A DNA stretch of 64,000 nt from Octopus vulgaris (Eukaryota), in the NCBI GenBank assembly GCA_951406725.2, contig OX597815.1:107322001-107386000 (forward strand), written 5' to 3'. The notes beneath the pieces are model-generated. The model searched no databases. It was not told where the DNA came from and saw nothing but the letters and a program-made list of their open reading frames with translations. The translations under genes and the position numbers were made by a program. This document shows, piece after piece, positions 1 through 13,371 of this stretch; within the stretch, counting starts at the first letter, position 1, and each line of letters opens with the position of its first letter.

Positions 1-812
1 AGTTGTAGTATTTTGAAACCAGGTTGTTGATCTTCTTCATGATGTGGTGGTCTATATTTGCGGGTATTTCACAATAGAAGGTTGTATCCTTCAGTTGGTC
101 CTCAACCAAATCCTTATAGTATTCGGTATCCATAATAACAATTGCACCACCTTTATCTGCTTGTTTAATTATTATGGTTTGATCGTTTTATATACGTTTA
201 CATGCAGACATCTCCGATTTATTGTTTGGCCTAACATTAGTATTGTGTCTAAGGGGAAATTTAGACAGGATATCAATGTATTGGTCAAGATAGTTATTTC
301 TTTTATAGATGGATAGGTTGTATTCCATCTAATGTGACTCTACTCAGAAGGCTGTAATATCATTTGACAGAAAACCCAGTATAAAGAATACATAAAACAA
401 AGCTGTGACTTTGTATACCTTTAATATGGCCACATTTATATACACAAGCTGAAGGATATTATGCAAATGATTTGATGTGTGGAGGCTACTGGTGTGTGGT
501 GTGAGAGAGCCAGTTAGGTTACGTCTTCATAATTTCATGTCCCAATGCAGAAAGAGAAAATCCTAAGGGCTCATGCCAGAATCTCACACTCTAACACCAT
601 CTAGTGTCAGTTTGTTTAACACTACTGTCAAGGGAGTATCTTCGCCTACACTTCCTTTTGGTAGGGTGAAATTTGATTTATTCTTTACATCAATCTCATT
701 ACATTTATTAATGAAGAATTCTACAAGTTGTAACTTACAACAGAATTTTTGGATATCCTCCTTTAGTTCTTTGTGGTTGACTGCTGGTACAGGTGTGAAA
801 TTCAGTCCTTTT
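1..812 (-). mobile_element. Penelope-like retroelement (PLE) ORF N-terminal fragment, decayed and interrupted
   Basis: Minus-strand translation LSKGLNFTPVP...DIQKFCCKLQLVEFF...KSNFTLPKG | RNNYLDQYIDILSKFP...IIIKQADKGGAIVIMDTEYY shows the KGLNF and ADKG motifs typical of PLE ORFs. One in-frame stop; runs off the window start; abuts (TATG)n. Confidence 0.85.
304..650. mobile_element. Probable solo LTR (Gypsy-like, 4-bp TSD) inserted in the PLE ORF
   Basis: Ends TATAG...CTACA (decayed TG...CA with short inverted termini), flanked by CTTT/CTTC. Removing it restores the PLE frame (CCA AAA GGA AGA AAT = PKGRN). Confidence 0.7.
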
Positions 813-825
813 GACAGAGGTTACT

Positions 826-851
826 ATATATTTATATATATATGTATATGC

Positions 852-884
<33 letters not shown>

Positions 885-1031
885 TGTATGTATGTATGTA
901 TGTATGTATGTATGTATGTATGTATGTATGTATGTATGTATGTATGTATGTATGTATGCATACTTCGTGCAATGGCCATACTCGATAACGAGGGGGTAGC
1001 CATAATGTATGTATGTATGTTTGTATGTATG

Positions 1032-1075
<44 letters not shown>

Positions 1076-1134
1076 CACATACACATATACACATGCACAG
1101 ATATCTACGTGAGTTGTCATCTTTTCGAGTCAAT

Positions 1135-1165
<31 letters not shown>

Positions 1166-1237
1166 TATATACACATATTCTTTTACTCTTTTACTTGTTT
1201 CAGTCATTTTGACTGCAGCCATGCTGGAGCACTACTG

Positions 1238-1272
<35 letters not shown>
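826..1272. repeat. Compound microsatellite (TATG)n/(TA)n/(CA)n with a SINE tail fragment (1178-1233, minus)
   Basis: Direct reading. Confidence 0.95.
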
Positions 1273-1273
<1 letters not shown>

Positions 1274-1283
1274 TTCTGGAATG

Positions 1284-1615
1284 GTGAAATGTGATTTCTT
1301 CTTGTGGGAATATTTAAAATCAAAAGTATTCAGTCATCGCCCTCGATCTATTGATGAATTAAAATGTGCAATTTGTGTAGAAATAGCAACCATTCCAGAA
1401 GAAATGATCCATAGAGTTATTGATAACTTTCATGAATGTTTCCAACAGTGTGTTGACAATGATGGGAAGCATTTAGCTGATTTGATTTTTAAAACTTAAT
1501 GAAATAAAATGGCATTATATGTACATTCAGAAAATAAAATTTTTCTTTTCATTATTTCTTATTTTGTTCTTTTATTAAGCCTCCAAATGTATCAGATCAT
1601 TTTGGTCCACCCTGT
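1284..1615 (+). mobile_element. Tc1/mariner-superfamily 3' fragment (transposase C-terminus plus TIR)
   Basis: CDFFLWEYLKSKVFSHRPRSIDELK...CVDNDGKHL matches the ITm transposase C-terminus; ends ...CCACCCTG-TA. Confidence 0.85.
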
Positions 1616-1625
1616 AGATATATGC

Positions 1626-2192
1626 ACAGTGTGGTGAATAAATTGTCATCTAAATTATGCAAAAATGAAAATAACACTGACATCTCATTTTAACAGATAT
1701 ATTTACCAAAGTTACATAAAAATATCTTGAAATACTAAAGAGTAAATTTATTCAATAAACTTACCATTAGCTTTAATCACGGCCTCCAGACGACTTTGGA
1801 ATCTGCAACTCTTCTGGACAGTCTCCTTGTTTTAGTTGGTAAATGCTGTGATAATCCTTGCCTTCAGCTTGTCTTTGGTGTTACAAAGAGTTTTGTTGGT
1901 CTGCGCCCCACACATGATAATCAAGGGGAGTTAGGTGGCCATATGTTATGGGTGATGTGGTCACAGAAATTGTTTGACAGCTGTATCTGGGTTCTGCTGC
2001 TTGTGTGGCATGGTGCAGAGTCCTGTTTCTAGACATAGGATCTTCTAGCAACCACCCTCTTGACCATGAGCAGCACTACCTCCTCCAGGCACTTGATGTA
2101 GGCTTCCGTGTTGAGTCTGAAACCATGTGGGAAAATGAATGAAGGCATGATGTCACCATCACTAGTGATTGCTCCAACATCATGATGTTGAC
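1626..2192 (-). mobile_element. maT (DD37D)-like transposon, 3' part
   Basis: ITSDGDIMPSFIFPHGFRLNTEAYIKCLEEVV; same family as 10177-11074 and 51565-52795. Confidence 0.85.
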
Positions 2193-3426
2193 TGTATGTG
2201 TGATTTTTATCACTCTTGGTACATGTCCTCACATTGATTGCACTGGCCTCAGAATGACACCCAAGCATGTATGTATGTGTCTTAGTGAATGTAACTGAAA
2301 CAACAGTAAACTGAAATTACCAGAGGTGCATCATAATAAATGTATATACTCCACTGAATGGCACAATGCTGTGGTTTTTGTCTGAGAGAAAATTTCCTCA
2401 AAAATATCTTGTGTTAAAAACATGATATATCTTAGATCGAAATGAACAATGTAGCAGTTGTGACTCATGAGAATGACATATATTTCACCCTAATTAAGGT
2501 TTCTCAATGCTGTGCACCTGTTTGTCAGTTGCTTAGATAAAATTCTTGCTTTAATATTTAGCTTTAATATATAGGAAACAGTGAACAATACATTGTCACT
2601 ACACATCTCTCCCTCTCCATTCTTCCACCCTGCACACCAATCTCCATATTTTCTGATCTATCTACAGGTTTTATTATTCTGAGGATCTCCATGCTTTCTA
2701 TACTGCCACATACCACTCCTTTCCTCCTGATACTCTTACACCTTTTAACTTCTCCCCCTCTATACTTAATTTATCATTGACCACAATCCTGACCTTGTAT
2801 ATACACTCATATATGTATACATATTAAAAGTTATATAATTTGTTGCAATATAAATTGGGCCTTTGCTATTTGTCTTCCAGTGCTGTTCCTATTGGAAAGA
2901 AGGCAGGAGATTTCAAGAATATCTCTGATGATTTTATGTGAAGTAATCTGGCATTTCTTCCTACAACTGTTGACCAAGTGTCCATAGTTTATTTCTTGAG
3001 GAATGGGAGATCCAGATAGAAAAATCCAGATTAACACAGCATAAACTGAAGTAGTTATTAATAACTTAATACACTTGTGTTGTCGTTGTTTAACTTAGCT
3101 TTTATTGTATTTATGAGTTGATTGTCTGAAGAGTTTTTCTTAAACGATATAATGTGTGACTTAAGGGCTGTTTAGCTGTTATTTCTTGCAGATCAAATGG
3201 CCATATAGATGCTACTATGTTGGATGTATAAGTTGTTAAATGAAAAAAAAAATTCAATAGATAATATGGTAACTTATAGAAGCTCTCGTCAACCTGTAAA
3301 CACCTTCTCTCTAACAACCAAAAGCCACTGATGGATGGCCATCATTTTGAAAGTCTGGAAGATGTTGAAATTAAACATGGTTCACTCCACAATGACTTTT
3401 TAAGGCATTGTTATCTTCATGATCAA

Positions 3427-3629
3427 AAGGCAGTGAGCTGGCAGAAATGTTAACACACCAGGTGAAATGCTTAGCAGTGTTTTATGTTCTGAGTTCAAAT
3501 TTTGCCAAGGCCAACTTTGCCTTTCATCCTTTCGGGGTCGATAAATTAAGTACCAGTTGCATACTGAGGTCGATCTTAATAGATTCCTCCTCTCCCAAGA
3601 TTTAGAGCCTTGTGCCTAGAATAGAAAAA
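3427..3629 (+). mobile_element. MetaSINE-type SINE (family B), full length with TSD
   Basis: tRNA-like head (GAGCTGGCAGAA...GAGTTCAAATT) and core GCCTTTCATCCTTTCGGGGTCGATAAATTAAGTACCAG; 17-bp TSD GTTATCTTCATGRTCAA at 3410 and 3630. More than 20 further copies or fragments (e.g. 3985-4197-, 7246-7450+, 24155-24372+, 24478-24680+, 24953-25170-, 33200-33410+, 42770-42990+, 49732-49948+, 51200-51416-, 58543-58750-, 63853-64000+). Confidence 0.85.
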
Positions 3630-4964
3630 GTTATCTTCATGGTCAAGTTGTTTTATCAGTCATGACTTTGCTATTTTATTGCAATATGGCTTGGGAAAAT
3701 AAAATTCTAAATTTCTCTGTGCTATAAATTTATTCAGAACACCTTCAGAAATCTGGATCTTGTATTTCCTCTGTTGACATTCCTGCATTTCTTACAATCC
3801 TTGTGAGAAACAGTAGGGTGTAACTTACTGTTGACTCTCATAGCATTGATGCTGTGGTTTTGTTGTTGTTTTAGTGCATTAGCAAGAATGTTCATGAAGG
3901 AATGTTCTGTGAAGGATTACTTGCATACTGCCAAAATATGATCTGATGATGTGCTGCTGCATCCACATCAATAACAATACTAATAATGGTTTCAAATTTT
4001 GGTACAAGGCCAGCAATTTGAGGGGGGGTGTAAGTTGGTTGTATTGTCCCCCAGTAGTTGACAGGTACTTATTTTCAACTTTCAAAAGGTGAAAAGCAAA
4101 GTTGACTTTGGTGGAATTTGAACTCAGAACATAAAGACAGATAAAATGTCGCTAAGCATTTTTCCAGCATGCTAATGATTCTGCTGCTCACTGCCTAATG
4201 ACAATATTTATAATAACTGTTTCAAATTTTAGCACAAGGCCAGCAATTTTGTAGGTGGGGATTTGTTGATTACATTGACTCCAGTATTTCACTGATACTT
4301 ATTTTATCAACCCAGGAAGGTAGAAAGGCAAAGTTGACTTTGGCAGGAACTGAATATGAGATTAATTACAAATTCACACTAAAGATTCACTACTAATTGT
4401 CATATGAAAGAAGCATACCATTGACTAATTGTAGAAAGAATCTTAATCTGGCTGGCTCCAATCTAACAAATATTTGCTATGATAGATTTCTTCACTCAGC
4501 TGTCTCCTGCTCTGCTTGTGCGCATGGGATTCTTCACATATCTGGTTTTGTTGCACACTCTTCTCATCGTAACATGCCACAGGTTGCAAGTAAATGGTTT
4601 GGAAGGAGAAACTAGTGACTTCCATTCCCTGTAAAATTAAGGATGAAAAAAAAAAGGAAGATAAATAGAAAAAAACAAAAAAACAAAGAGAGCCAGTGAG
4701 AGAGAAAGTGAGTGAAAGGGGCAGTTGCAAATATCATCTCAAAAAGGAGTCGAAAGCTTATTACTGTTTAAGCAAGTGAATTTTGTGTACATCAATCATT
4801 GCAGTGTCAAGGTTTCATCTCAATGTTTATTGGTGGATGGTAGGTGATGGGTGGATGGTGAATGAAGTGCAGGAAGGAAGTCCGTCTTTGCAGTGATCAT
4901 AGCAGTGATAGTAATCAATATTGTACAAGAGATGAGGACAGTTTAACAAGTTATCTTATTCAAT

Positions 4965-5886
4965 ATCACTGTCGTCGTCACCACCACCACGGCGACCATC
5001 ACCACCACCACCACGACCATCACCACTATCATCATCCTCATCATCATCATTGTCCTCATCGTTGTCGTTGTTATCATCATCATCATCATCATCATTGCTA
5101 TCAACTTGAACACCTCTCTCTGCAGCAGCAGTAACAACAATAATAGACCAGTAAATCAGTCATCATCATCATCACCATCATTATCCTCATAATCACCATT
5201 ATCATCACGATCATTATCATCATCATCAGTGTTATTCATTGCCAGCATCAACTCTTCCACCAACACCATCACCACCATGACTACCATCATCACCACTAGT
5301 GTGTTCCTGTCTGCCAGCACCACCATTACCATCATTGCCATCCCCACCATTACTACCTTCACCATCACTATCACCATCACCACCACAACTACCACCATCA
5401 CCACCACCTGTGGGTTTTTCTCTGTCAGCACCACCATTATCATTATCACCATCACCATCACCATCTCCAACACTACTTTTGACAGCATCACCACTACCAC
5501 CATCACCATCATATTCACCCATTATTACTACCATCACCTGTATGTCACACTCTACCAACCTATCACAACCATTGCAACTACCAGCATCTATGCTATTCTA
5601 CACCACCACCACTACCAGCACCACCAGCACCACCAGCACCAGCACCACCCACAATGACAACCCCTTCCCCTACTACCATCATTTCACCACCATTACTATC
5701 ACCACTATATGTGTTACTTTCAAGTGGCACCACCACTATTACCATCACCACTACTACCAACACCCATGTGTTATTCTCTGACATCATCATCATCACTACC
5801 ATTAATATCATCAAATTAATACCATCACCACTACCATTAATACCATCACCAATGCCATCACACTCACCACCACCATCACCACTACT
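4965..5886. repeat. Degenerate (CAT/CAC/TAC)n trinucleotide low-complexity tract
   Basis: Direct reading; source of the poly-His/Thr/Met pseudo-ORFs. Confidence 0.9.
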
Positions 5887-6213
5887 TTAATTAGCAACTA
5901 AAAAAAAAATGAGAGAACCTCTATGTGGTTGTCCAATTTGGTAGAAATAACAAGCCAAATCATCCTCCAATGAAACACTAACATCTTGAGAAAGGAAGGA
6001 GACATCTGACAGTGACAATAACTGTGACAAAAATGATCCTTTCTACAATAAGTGCAAGGCCTGAAGTTTTGAGGGAAAGGAGCTATTTGATTACATCAAC
6101 CCTACATTTCAACTGCTTTGTCTGGATGAAGACAAAGTTGACCTTGGCAGCATTTGAACTCAGAAAGTAATGCTGGAAGACATGCCACCAAGCATTTTGT
6201 CGCATGCTCTATT

Positions 6214-6427
6214 ATTCTTTTACTTGTTTCAGTCATTTGACTGCGGCCATGCTGGAGCACCGCCTTTAGTTAAGCAAATCGACCCCAGGGCTTATTCTTT
6301 GTAAGCCTAGTACTTATACTATCGATCTCTTTTGCTGAACTACTAAGTTATGGGGATGTAAACACACCAGCATCGGTTGTCAAGCGATATTGGGGGGACA
6401 AACACAGACACACAAACACATACACAC

Positions 6428-6479
<52 letters not shown>

Positions 6480-6652
6480 GACGGGCTTCGACAGGCTTCT
6501 TTCAGTTTCTGTCTACCAAATCCACTCACAAGGTTTTGGCTGCCCCAAAGCTGTAGTTGAAAACACTTGCCAAAGGTTCCACGCAATGGAACTGAACACA
6601 GAACCATATGGTTGGGAAGCAAGCTTCTTACCACATAGTCATGCCTGCACCT
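6214..6652 (-). mobile_element. tRNA-derived SINE (family A) with internal microsatellite
   Basis: Reverse complement of the 17827-18233 family; nested in a minus-strand family B copy. Confidence 0.85.
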
Positions 6653-6763
6653 ATAATATGCTAATGGTTCTGCCAGCCAACAAGAATACCAGCCACAGGA
6701 AGGGCATCCAGCCATAGAAACTTATAAACATGTGTGTGTGCATGCGTGTATGCATGTGTGCGT

Positions 6764-6795
<32 letters not shown>

Positions 6796-6805
6796 GCCTG
6801 TTTGC

Positions 6806-6841
<36 letters not shown>

Positions 6842-6934
6842 ACTGGAAAACTTAACAAATAATCAAATGTTAAGGCTCATTCCACACTTCACTCCTGTAT
6901 CCAGCAGGGCTAGACAAAAGGCATCAAACCAGAG

Positions 6935-7208
6935 TTTAGGTTTGACGAGGCTGGCAACGGCCACAATCGCACGTAAAAAGCACCATCCGATCGTGGCCGT
7001 TTGCCAGCCTCATCTGGCACCTGTGCCAGTGGCACGTAGAAAGCACCCACTACACTCTCGGAGTGGTTGGCGTTAGGAAGGGCATCCAGCTGTAGAAACA
7101 CTGTCAGATCAGACTGGGCCTGGCGTAGCCTTCTGGCTTCCCAGACCCCAGTTGAACCATCCAACCCATGCTAGCATGGAAAACGGATGTTAAACGATGA
7201 TGATGATA
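6935..7208 (+). mobile_element. 5'-truncated RTE LINE 3' end (family C) with (GAT)n tail
   Basis: GGCACGTAAAAAGCACC units, then GTGGTTGGCGTTAGGAAGGGCATCCAGCTGTAG...GGAYGTTAAACGATGATG; linked to RTE ORF2 at 46515. Confidence 0.8.
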
Positions 7209-7455
7209 ATAATATTACTTAGAACTATAACCTTAAAATAATTACTAGGGTGGCAAGCTGGCAGAATCATTAACATGCCAGGCAAAATGCTTAGCAGCAT
7301 TTTTTCCATCTTTATGTTCTAAGTTCAAATTCTGCTATGGTTGACGTTGCCTTTCATCCTTTCAGAATAAGTACCAGTTGAGCATTGGGGCTGATGTAAT
7401 CAAATTAACCCCTCCATTGATATTGCTGGCTTTATGCCAAAGTTTGAAATTTAAT

Positions 7456-7808
7456 GCAAGAGCACTCAGAGAGTGCAAGCACCAACGTTTTCTTAACGAT
7501 TAGCCAGAGATGGCTTTTTAAAATGAGAATATCTGAAATAAACTCGACTGCTCTCACAAATGAGAATACTAAAACTGAACCCGACTGCTCTCAAAGATTA
7601 AGTAAAAAAAACAGGAAAAATAATCCAGAATCCTTGCCCGGTTCTAGATTGATCCCAAAATCTAATCAGTTTGTGCCCGTCATGAGGCCAAACATCCCTG
7701 AGAGTTTCATCCTAATCCATCCAGGGGTTCTTGAAATATCTTGTCCATGGACAAACAAACAAACACGACTGAAAACAATACCTCCACTTTTGCTAAGGGG
7801 GAGATAAA
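7456..7808 (+). mobile_element. Probable Helentron-associated (HINE/DINE-like) non-autonomous element
   Basis: Starts CAAGAGCACTCAGAGAG; internal (CAAA)n microsatellite followed by GAAAACAATACCTCC and a degenerate terminal hairpin. Family assignment is from recollection. Confidence 0.45.
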
Positions 7809-8059
7809 AATTGCAATAATACTAATTATTGAATTTGGTTTTAGGTTAAAGCTTGCTTAAACCTTATCATTGTGTGTATATATGTGTTTGTTTAAGTTTG
7901 CATTTATATTTATTTAAGTGTACTTTATGTTTTTACATGTATGTCCATAAATGTGGTTATGTTTTTATGCCTGTATTATATTTGTTTAAGATGTTTTCAG
8001 GTATATATATTTTTTTCTTTGGTGAGTGTACAGGTCCATGAGTGAGTATACTTATATTT

Positions 8060-8610
<551 letters not shown>

Positions 8611-9508
8611 CAGCAAGACATTAACATTATACATAAAAATATATATATAGAAATATACCAGAAAAAAAAACCAAAAACCATTTTTAAGCTACTGTTTCTT
8701 AATATACTGGCCTTATTGTTTATGATGTTGATGCTGATATCGTTGTTGATATTAGTAGCTGCCAGAACAATTCAAGTAGAGTCATTGTGTAGATTTCCCC
8801 AAAGATACCAATGGAAAAAGCATATTTTTAGTAGTAAAAGCTTATATCATATATTCCTTACCATTCTGATTCTACTAATGTAACTCTGATGTTGAGGCAG
8901 TTGACTACCATGTCACTCACTATTGTGTTTATTGTTTTAGTATTGATTCTTTTTGTTTTTTGATTCAGTTAACAGTTTCACTCCATCGTCATCACCCTTG
9001 TTGTTGTTGCTGTTGTTGTTGTTTTAATATCCTCTTTTCCATGCTTGCTTCAGTTGGCACGGTTTATTTGAGACAGATTTTCCACAGCTGGATGCCCTTT
9101 CTGTCATCCACCCTCACCTGTCTTTAAACAAGGTAATATTCCCCCATTGCCAGGTATGTTCTCACAGAATATAGGAAATTAATGACACTGCCTGTATGAC
9201 AGTGGCACTCATTTACAACTATCACACAATGTTAAGACATGGAAACACATGCACACACTCAAACACAAATACATACATACATACATACACACATACATAC
9301 ATACATACATACATACATACATACATACATACATACATACATACATACATACATACATACAAATATGCATACATTCATACACACATACAGCCAGACAAAT
9401 ATAAAATATAAAGAAAGTCAGCGGGTATGAGATGAATATATTTATTTCACCAATTTTTAAGTTATGGGGATGTAAACAAACCAACACTAGTTGTGGTGGT
9501 GGTGGTGG

Positions 9509-9576
<68 letters not shown>

Positions 9577-9682
9577 AATCCCCCCCCCAGAAATGAAGAA
9601 CAAACACAAGATAAAAAGCAACACTGTGAGGACATGGTACATGCAATGTATTAGCAGATGTTTAGGGAAGGAAGGAAAGGTG

Positions 9683-9717
9683 GCTTTACGTTTCGAGCAA
9701 AGCGTTTCTTCAGAAAC
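9683..9717 (-). ncRNA. Minimal type I hammerhead ribozyme motif in a (TA)n-flanked insert (9573-9784)
   Basis: Minus: GTTT CTGAAGA AACGCTTTGCTC GAAA CG TA AAGC. Stem I GTTT/AAGC, palindromic stem III ACGT, GUA site; stem II decayed. Confidence 0.65.
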
Positions 9718-9781
9718 AGGAGACAGAGGAAAGTCCAAGTGAAAAGGAAGACAGAGGGAAAAAATCGCCAACGATTCACAT

Positions 9782-9873
<92 letters not shown>

Positions 9874-10176
9874 TTAATGTCTGTGTTCTATGCTTGCATG
9901 GGTGGGATGGAACCATAAGAGCAGGCCAAGCAGAAGCCTGCACCAGACTTCTGTGACTGTTTTGGCAGGAGTTTTACAGCTGGATGCCCTTCCTAACACC
10001 AACCACTTTACAGTGGGGACTGAGTGCTTTTTATATGGCACAAGCACAGGCAAGGTGAGTAGTAGTTTTAACTTGGTACAAACACAGGGGAAGTCAGTTT
10101 TGGCAAGGTTTTTACAGCTGGATGCCCTTCCAAACACCAACCAATTTACAGTGTGGACTGGGTGCTTTTAAATTTC

Positions 10177-11074
10177 ACAAAAATAAAAATGACACTGACA
10201 TCTCATTTTAACAGATATATTTATCAAAATTACCTAAAAATATCTTCTTTTCAACAAAATTGCCATTGGCTTCAACCACAGCCTCCAGATGACTTTGTAA
10301 TCTCCTGTAAATCTTCTGGACAGCTCTTTGTATAAGTTAGTCAATGCTGCCATAATCCTTGCCTTCAGTTTATCTTTGGTGTTATAAGGAGTTTCGCTTG
10401 TCTCTTACTCAACTGTGTCCCACACATAATAATCAAGGGGGTAGCAGTCTAGGGAGTTATGTGGCCAGATGTTAGGAGTGACGTGATTACAGAAATTGTC
10501 TGACAGCCATGACTGAGTTCTCCTGCTTGTGTGGCATGGTGCAGAGTCCTGTTTTCAGACATAAGGGTTTTCCTGCAGCTGTCCTCTTTATCCAGGACAG
10601 CACTACCTACTCCAGGCACTGTGTTGAGTCTGAGGCCATGTAGGAAGACGAATGGAGGCATAATGTTGCCATCACTAGTGATCGCTCCAAACACCATGAT
10701 GTTGACTGGATGTTTGACTTTCATCACTCTTGGTTCATGTTTTGGGGACAGAGCAAACCAACAATTGTTCTGTGTGTTCACCATCTGATCTTGGTAGAAA
10801 TTTTTCCTAGCAGAAACCAAAGCATGTCTGGATGAAGCAGATGCTTGAGTTTGTTCAAAAGCTTTGTAGTTCAGTATTTCCTCTTGTCCTTGATGACTTG
10901 GGATAAAAATTAGCCCTTTTTCATCTATGTATGAGGAGTGCCAAATGTCTTCATGCACTCCTCATACATAGATGAAAAAGGGCTAATATACTGTATAGTC
11001 AGCAATATCAAAAACAATGTACATGCGTGAAGTTAAAAATATAAAATGGCAACAATTTATCTATCACACCCTGT
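10177..11074 (-). mobile_element. maT (DD37D)-like transposon, internally deleted
   Basis: KNFYQDQMVNTQNNCWFALSPK...KHPVNIMVFGAITSDGNIMPPFVF; terminus ...ATTTATCTATCACACCCTG-TA. Confidence 0.85.
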
Positions 11075-11116
11075 AATATATATATATAATGAATAAAAAC
11101 ATGGTAGATATGTCAG

Positions 11117-11200
11117 CTCATTACAGTTGTTTCTTACATAACTTTTAATGAAGAATGAGAAACATTAGATCATTTTTAAAGGCTGTGATCATCAGATGAG
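11117..11200 (-). ncRNA. Type I hammerhead ribozyme motif with canonical core
   Basis: Minus: CTCAT CTGATGA [55-nt imperfect stem II] GAAA CAACTG TA ATGAG. Perfect 5-bp stem I, near-palindromic stem III, GUA site; about 25 bp from (TA)n. Confidence 0.75.
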
Positions 11201-11889
11201 AATGAAGGGGTATCCCAAGAATTGCACTCACTGGACTGTGGTCATGCTGGAGCACTGCTTCGATGGGTTTACTTGAACAAGTCAGCCCTAAGTGTTAATT
11301 CTAGCAAATTGATCAACCATTTGGTAGCTCCTTCATTGACTCTGTTAACATGTATGCTGTTGTGCTTTAACATGAATTAATGACAGATGCTTCAGATGAG
11401 GCCCTTTATTCTATCTTCTTGATAAAAGACCATGACTGTAGTAATAGCCTCTGTTTTATCTGACAATACCATATTAAAGACATTTTTTGCTTTTATTATC
11501 AACTCAATTCATGCAAATGATGGCCATCGTCAGCCACTACCAATCAATTCTTGCAACTATCATTATTTAAGAAATGTGGCTCATTAACAATACAATAAGA
11601 AAAATTGGTGTCTTCTATATAAGAATCTACATTATAGGAAAGTTCTAAAATAACAGCATTCAGAATAACAGAAAACAACAATTAATGACACAATTGCTGT
11701 CATTGCATATCTTACAGTCTACTTCAGCCATCATGAAAATGATTTTTATAAAAATTCTTAAATGTTTATACTTGCCACAATTAAGTAATAGCCAAGTAAT
11801 TTCTCCTCTCTCTCCCTCTTGCACTCTCTTCCTCTTGCCCCCTCTCCCTCTCTCCCTCTCTTCCTCCTCTCTCTGAGTTGGCTAGTGAA

Positions 11890-13165
11890 GGGGTCAAGAA
11901 AAGATGTGTTTATGAGGATCAGCATAAAAATTCACACACTGACCAAGATACTCTCCTGGAATGTGGTCAAATGAGGTTAATTTTTCAACATAGTCCTCCT
12001 TGTGGTCCATGCACTTCTATCGTGTTGCAGTTCTAGAACCCCATTGGTGAAGAAGCTTTCATCCTGCTGGTAAAATTAAGTCATCAACTCCAGATATGAC
12101 ATCATCAACACTGCAATACTGGTTCCTAGCCATGTGCTTTTTCATGTTGGATAACAGATGATAGTCAGATGGAGCCAAATCAGGAGAATAGAGAGGATGA
12201 TCAACCAGTTCAAAGCCACAGTCACACACTGTAGCCATTGAAAATAAGGACTTTTGTGTTAGAACATTATCCTGATGAAACAAGACCCCTTTTGTCAGTT
12301 TTCCTGGGTGTTTGATCTTGAAAGCCTTTCATAACTGCCTCAGCAAGTTGTCATTGTACTCTCCATTGATGTTGTAGCCCTTTGAAGATAGTAAATAAAC
12401 AGAATGCCTTTTGCATTCTAAAAAACTGAGGCCATCATCTTCCCTGTAGACGAAACGACCATGGCCTTCTTTAGTGTAAGTGAGGGGTGGATTATGTCTT
12501 TGTATCTGGCTCAAAGTGATGAAGACAACACTCATCTTGGTTAAGGAAACATTCAAGGAAACCAGCTGGATCTGCTTCAAACAATGTCAGATTATCCTAT
12601 GACGTGGTTAGCCAGGTGCGCTTTTGATCAGGTGTCTGAAGATGTGACACTCACCAATGAGAAGCCTTCAAGTTCTTTGTGCAAAGTATTCTCAACTCTC
12701 TCATGGGATATGCAAATAGTGCAGTTGGTCACCTGTCATCTATCACCACATGGTGAAGACAATCAATGTTTTCATTGGTGGTGGCAGTTGCAGGACATTC
12801 AAACCTTGGGTCATCTCCAAGACTCTCCCTTCCCCTACTAAATTAAGCTGCCCACTTCTGCACTGTTGACAAAGCTGGAGCATCATCCTCTAATGCAGTA
12901 AACATGTCAGCATGAATATTGCTGGGGGCTAAATCCTTTTCCCACAGGTTCTTGATAACACAACAATTCCAACTTTTGCTCATATTCAAGAGAAGTTGCT
13001 ACTATTTGCATTTGAAGTCTTTTTTGAACTGTCAGATGTGAGTTTACCTGGAAAGGAACAATGCAGTTATTAATAAGAAGAGTTGAAATTGATGCATGCA
13101 TAATTTCATGGCTCTAGCACCACTCCTTCATAGTCAGCCAATGAACTTTTCAGCCCACCCTTGTA
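11890..13165 (-). mobile_element. mariner (DD34D) transposon, near full-length pseudogene
   Basis: FHQDN...HPLYSPDLAPSDYHL with 34 residues between the last two Asp; TIR CAAGGGTGGGCTGAAAAGTTCATTGGCTGA next to TA; multiple stops and frameshifts. Confidence 0.9.
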
Positions 13166-13328
13166 CATTGCAGTCTAACAAATCCCTTTACTGCCACTCT
13201 GTGAGAAGAATAGTTGATCGAGTGATATCTATTATACTGTATCTCTATATTTTATTTGCTTTCCTCTCCCTCCAACTCCTCTTTTATCTCCTAATATAAT
13301 AATGAGCGTAGTGTTTTTTTTTTAATAT

Positions 13329-13371
<43 letters not shown>

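Noticed and set aside
2830-3420. Possible ancient LINE coding remnant on the minus strand
   Set aside because: No motif could be read with confidence.
4397-4615. 72-aa unique-sequence ORF as a possible host exon
   Set aside because: No recognisable domain or convincing splice context.
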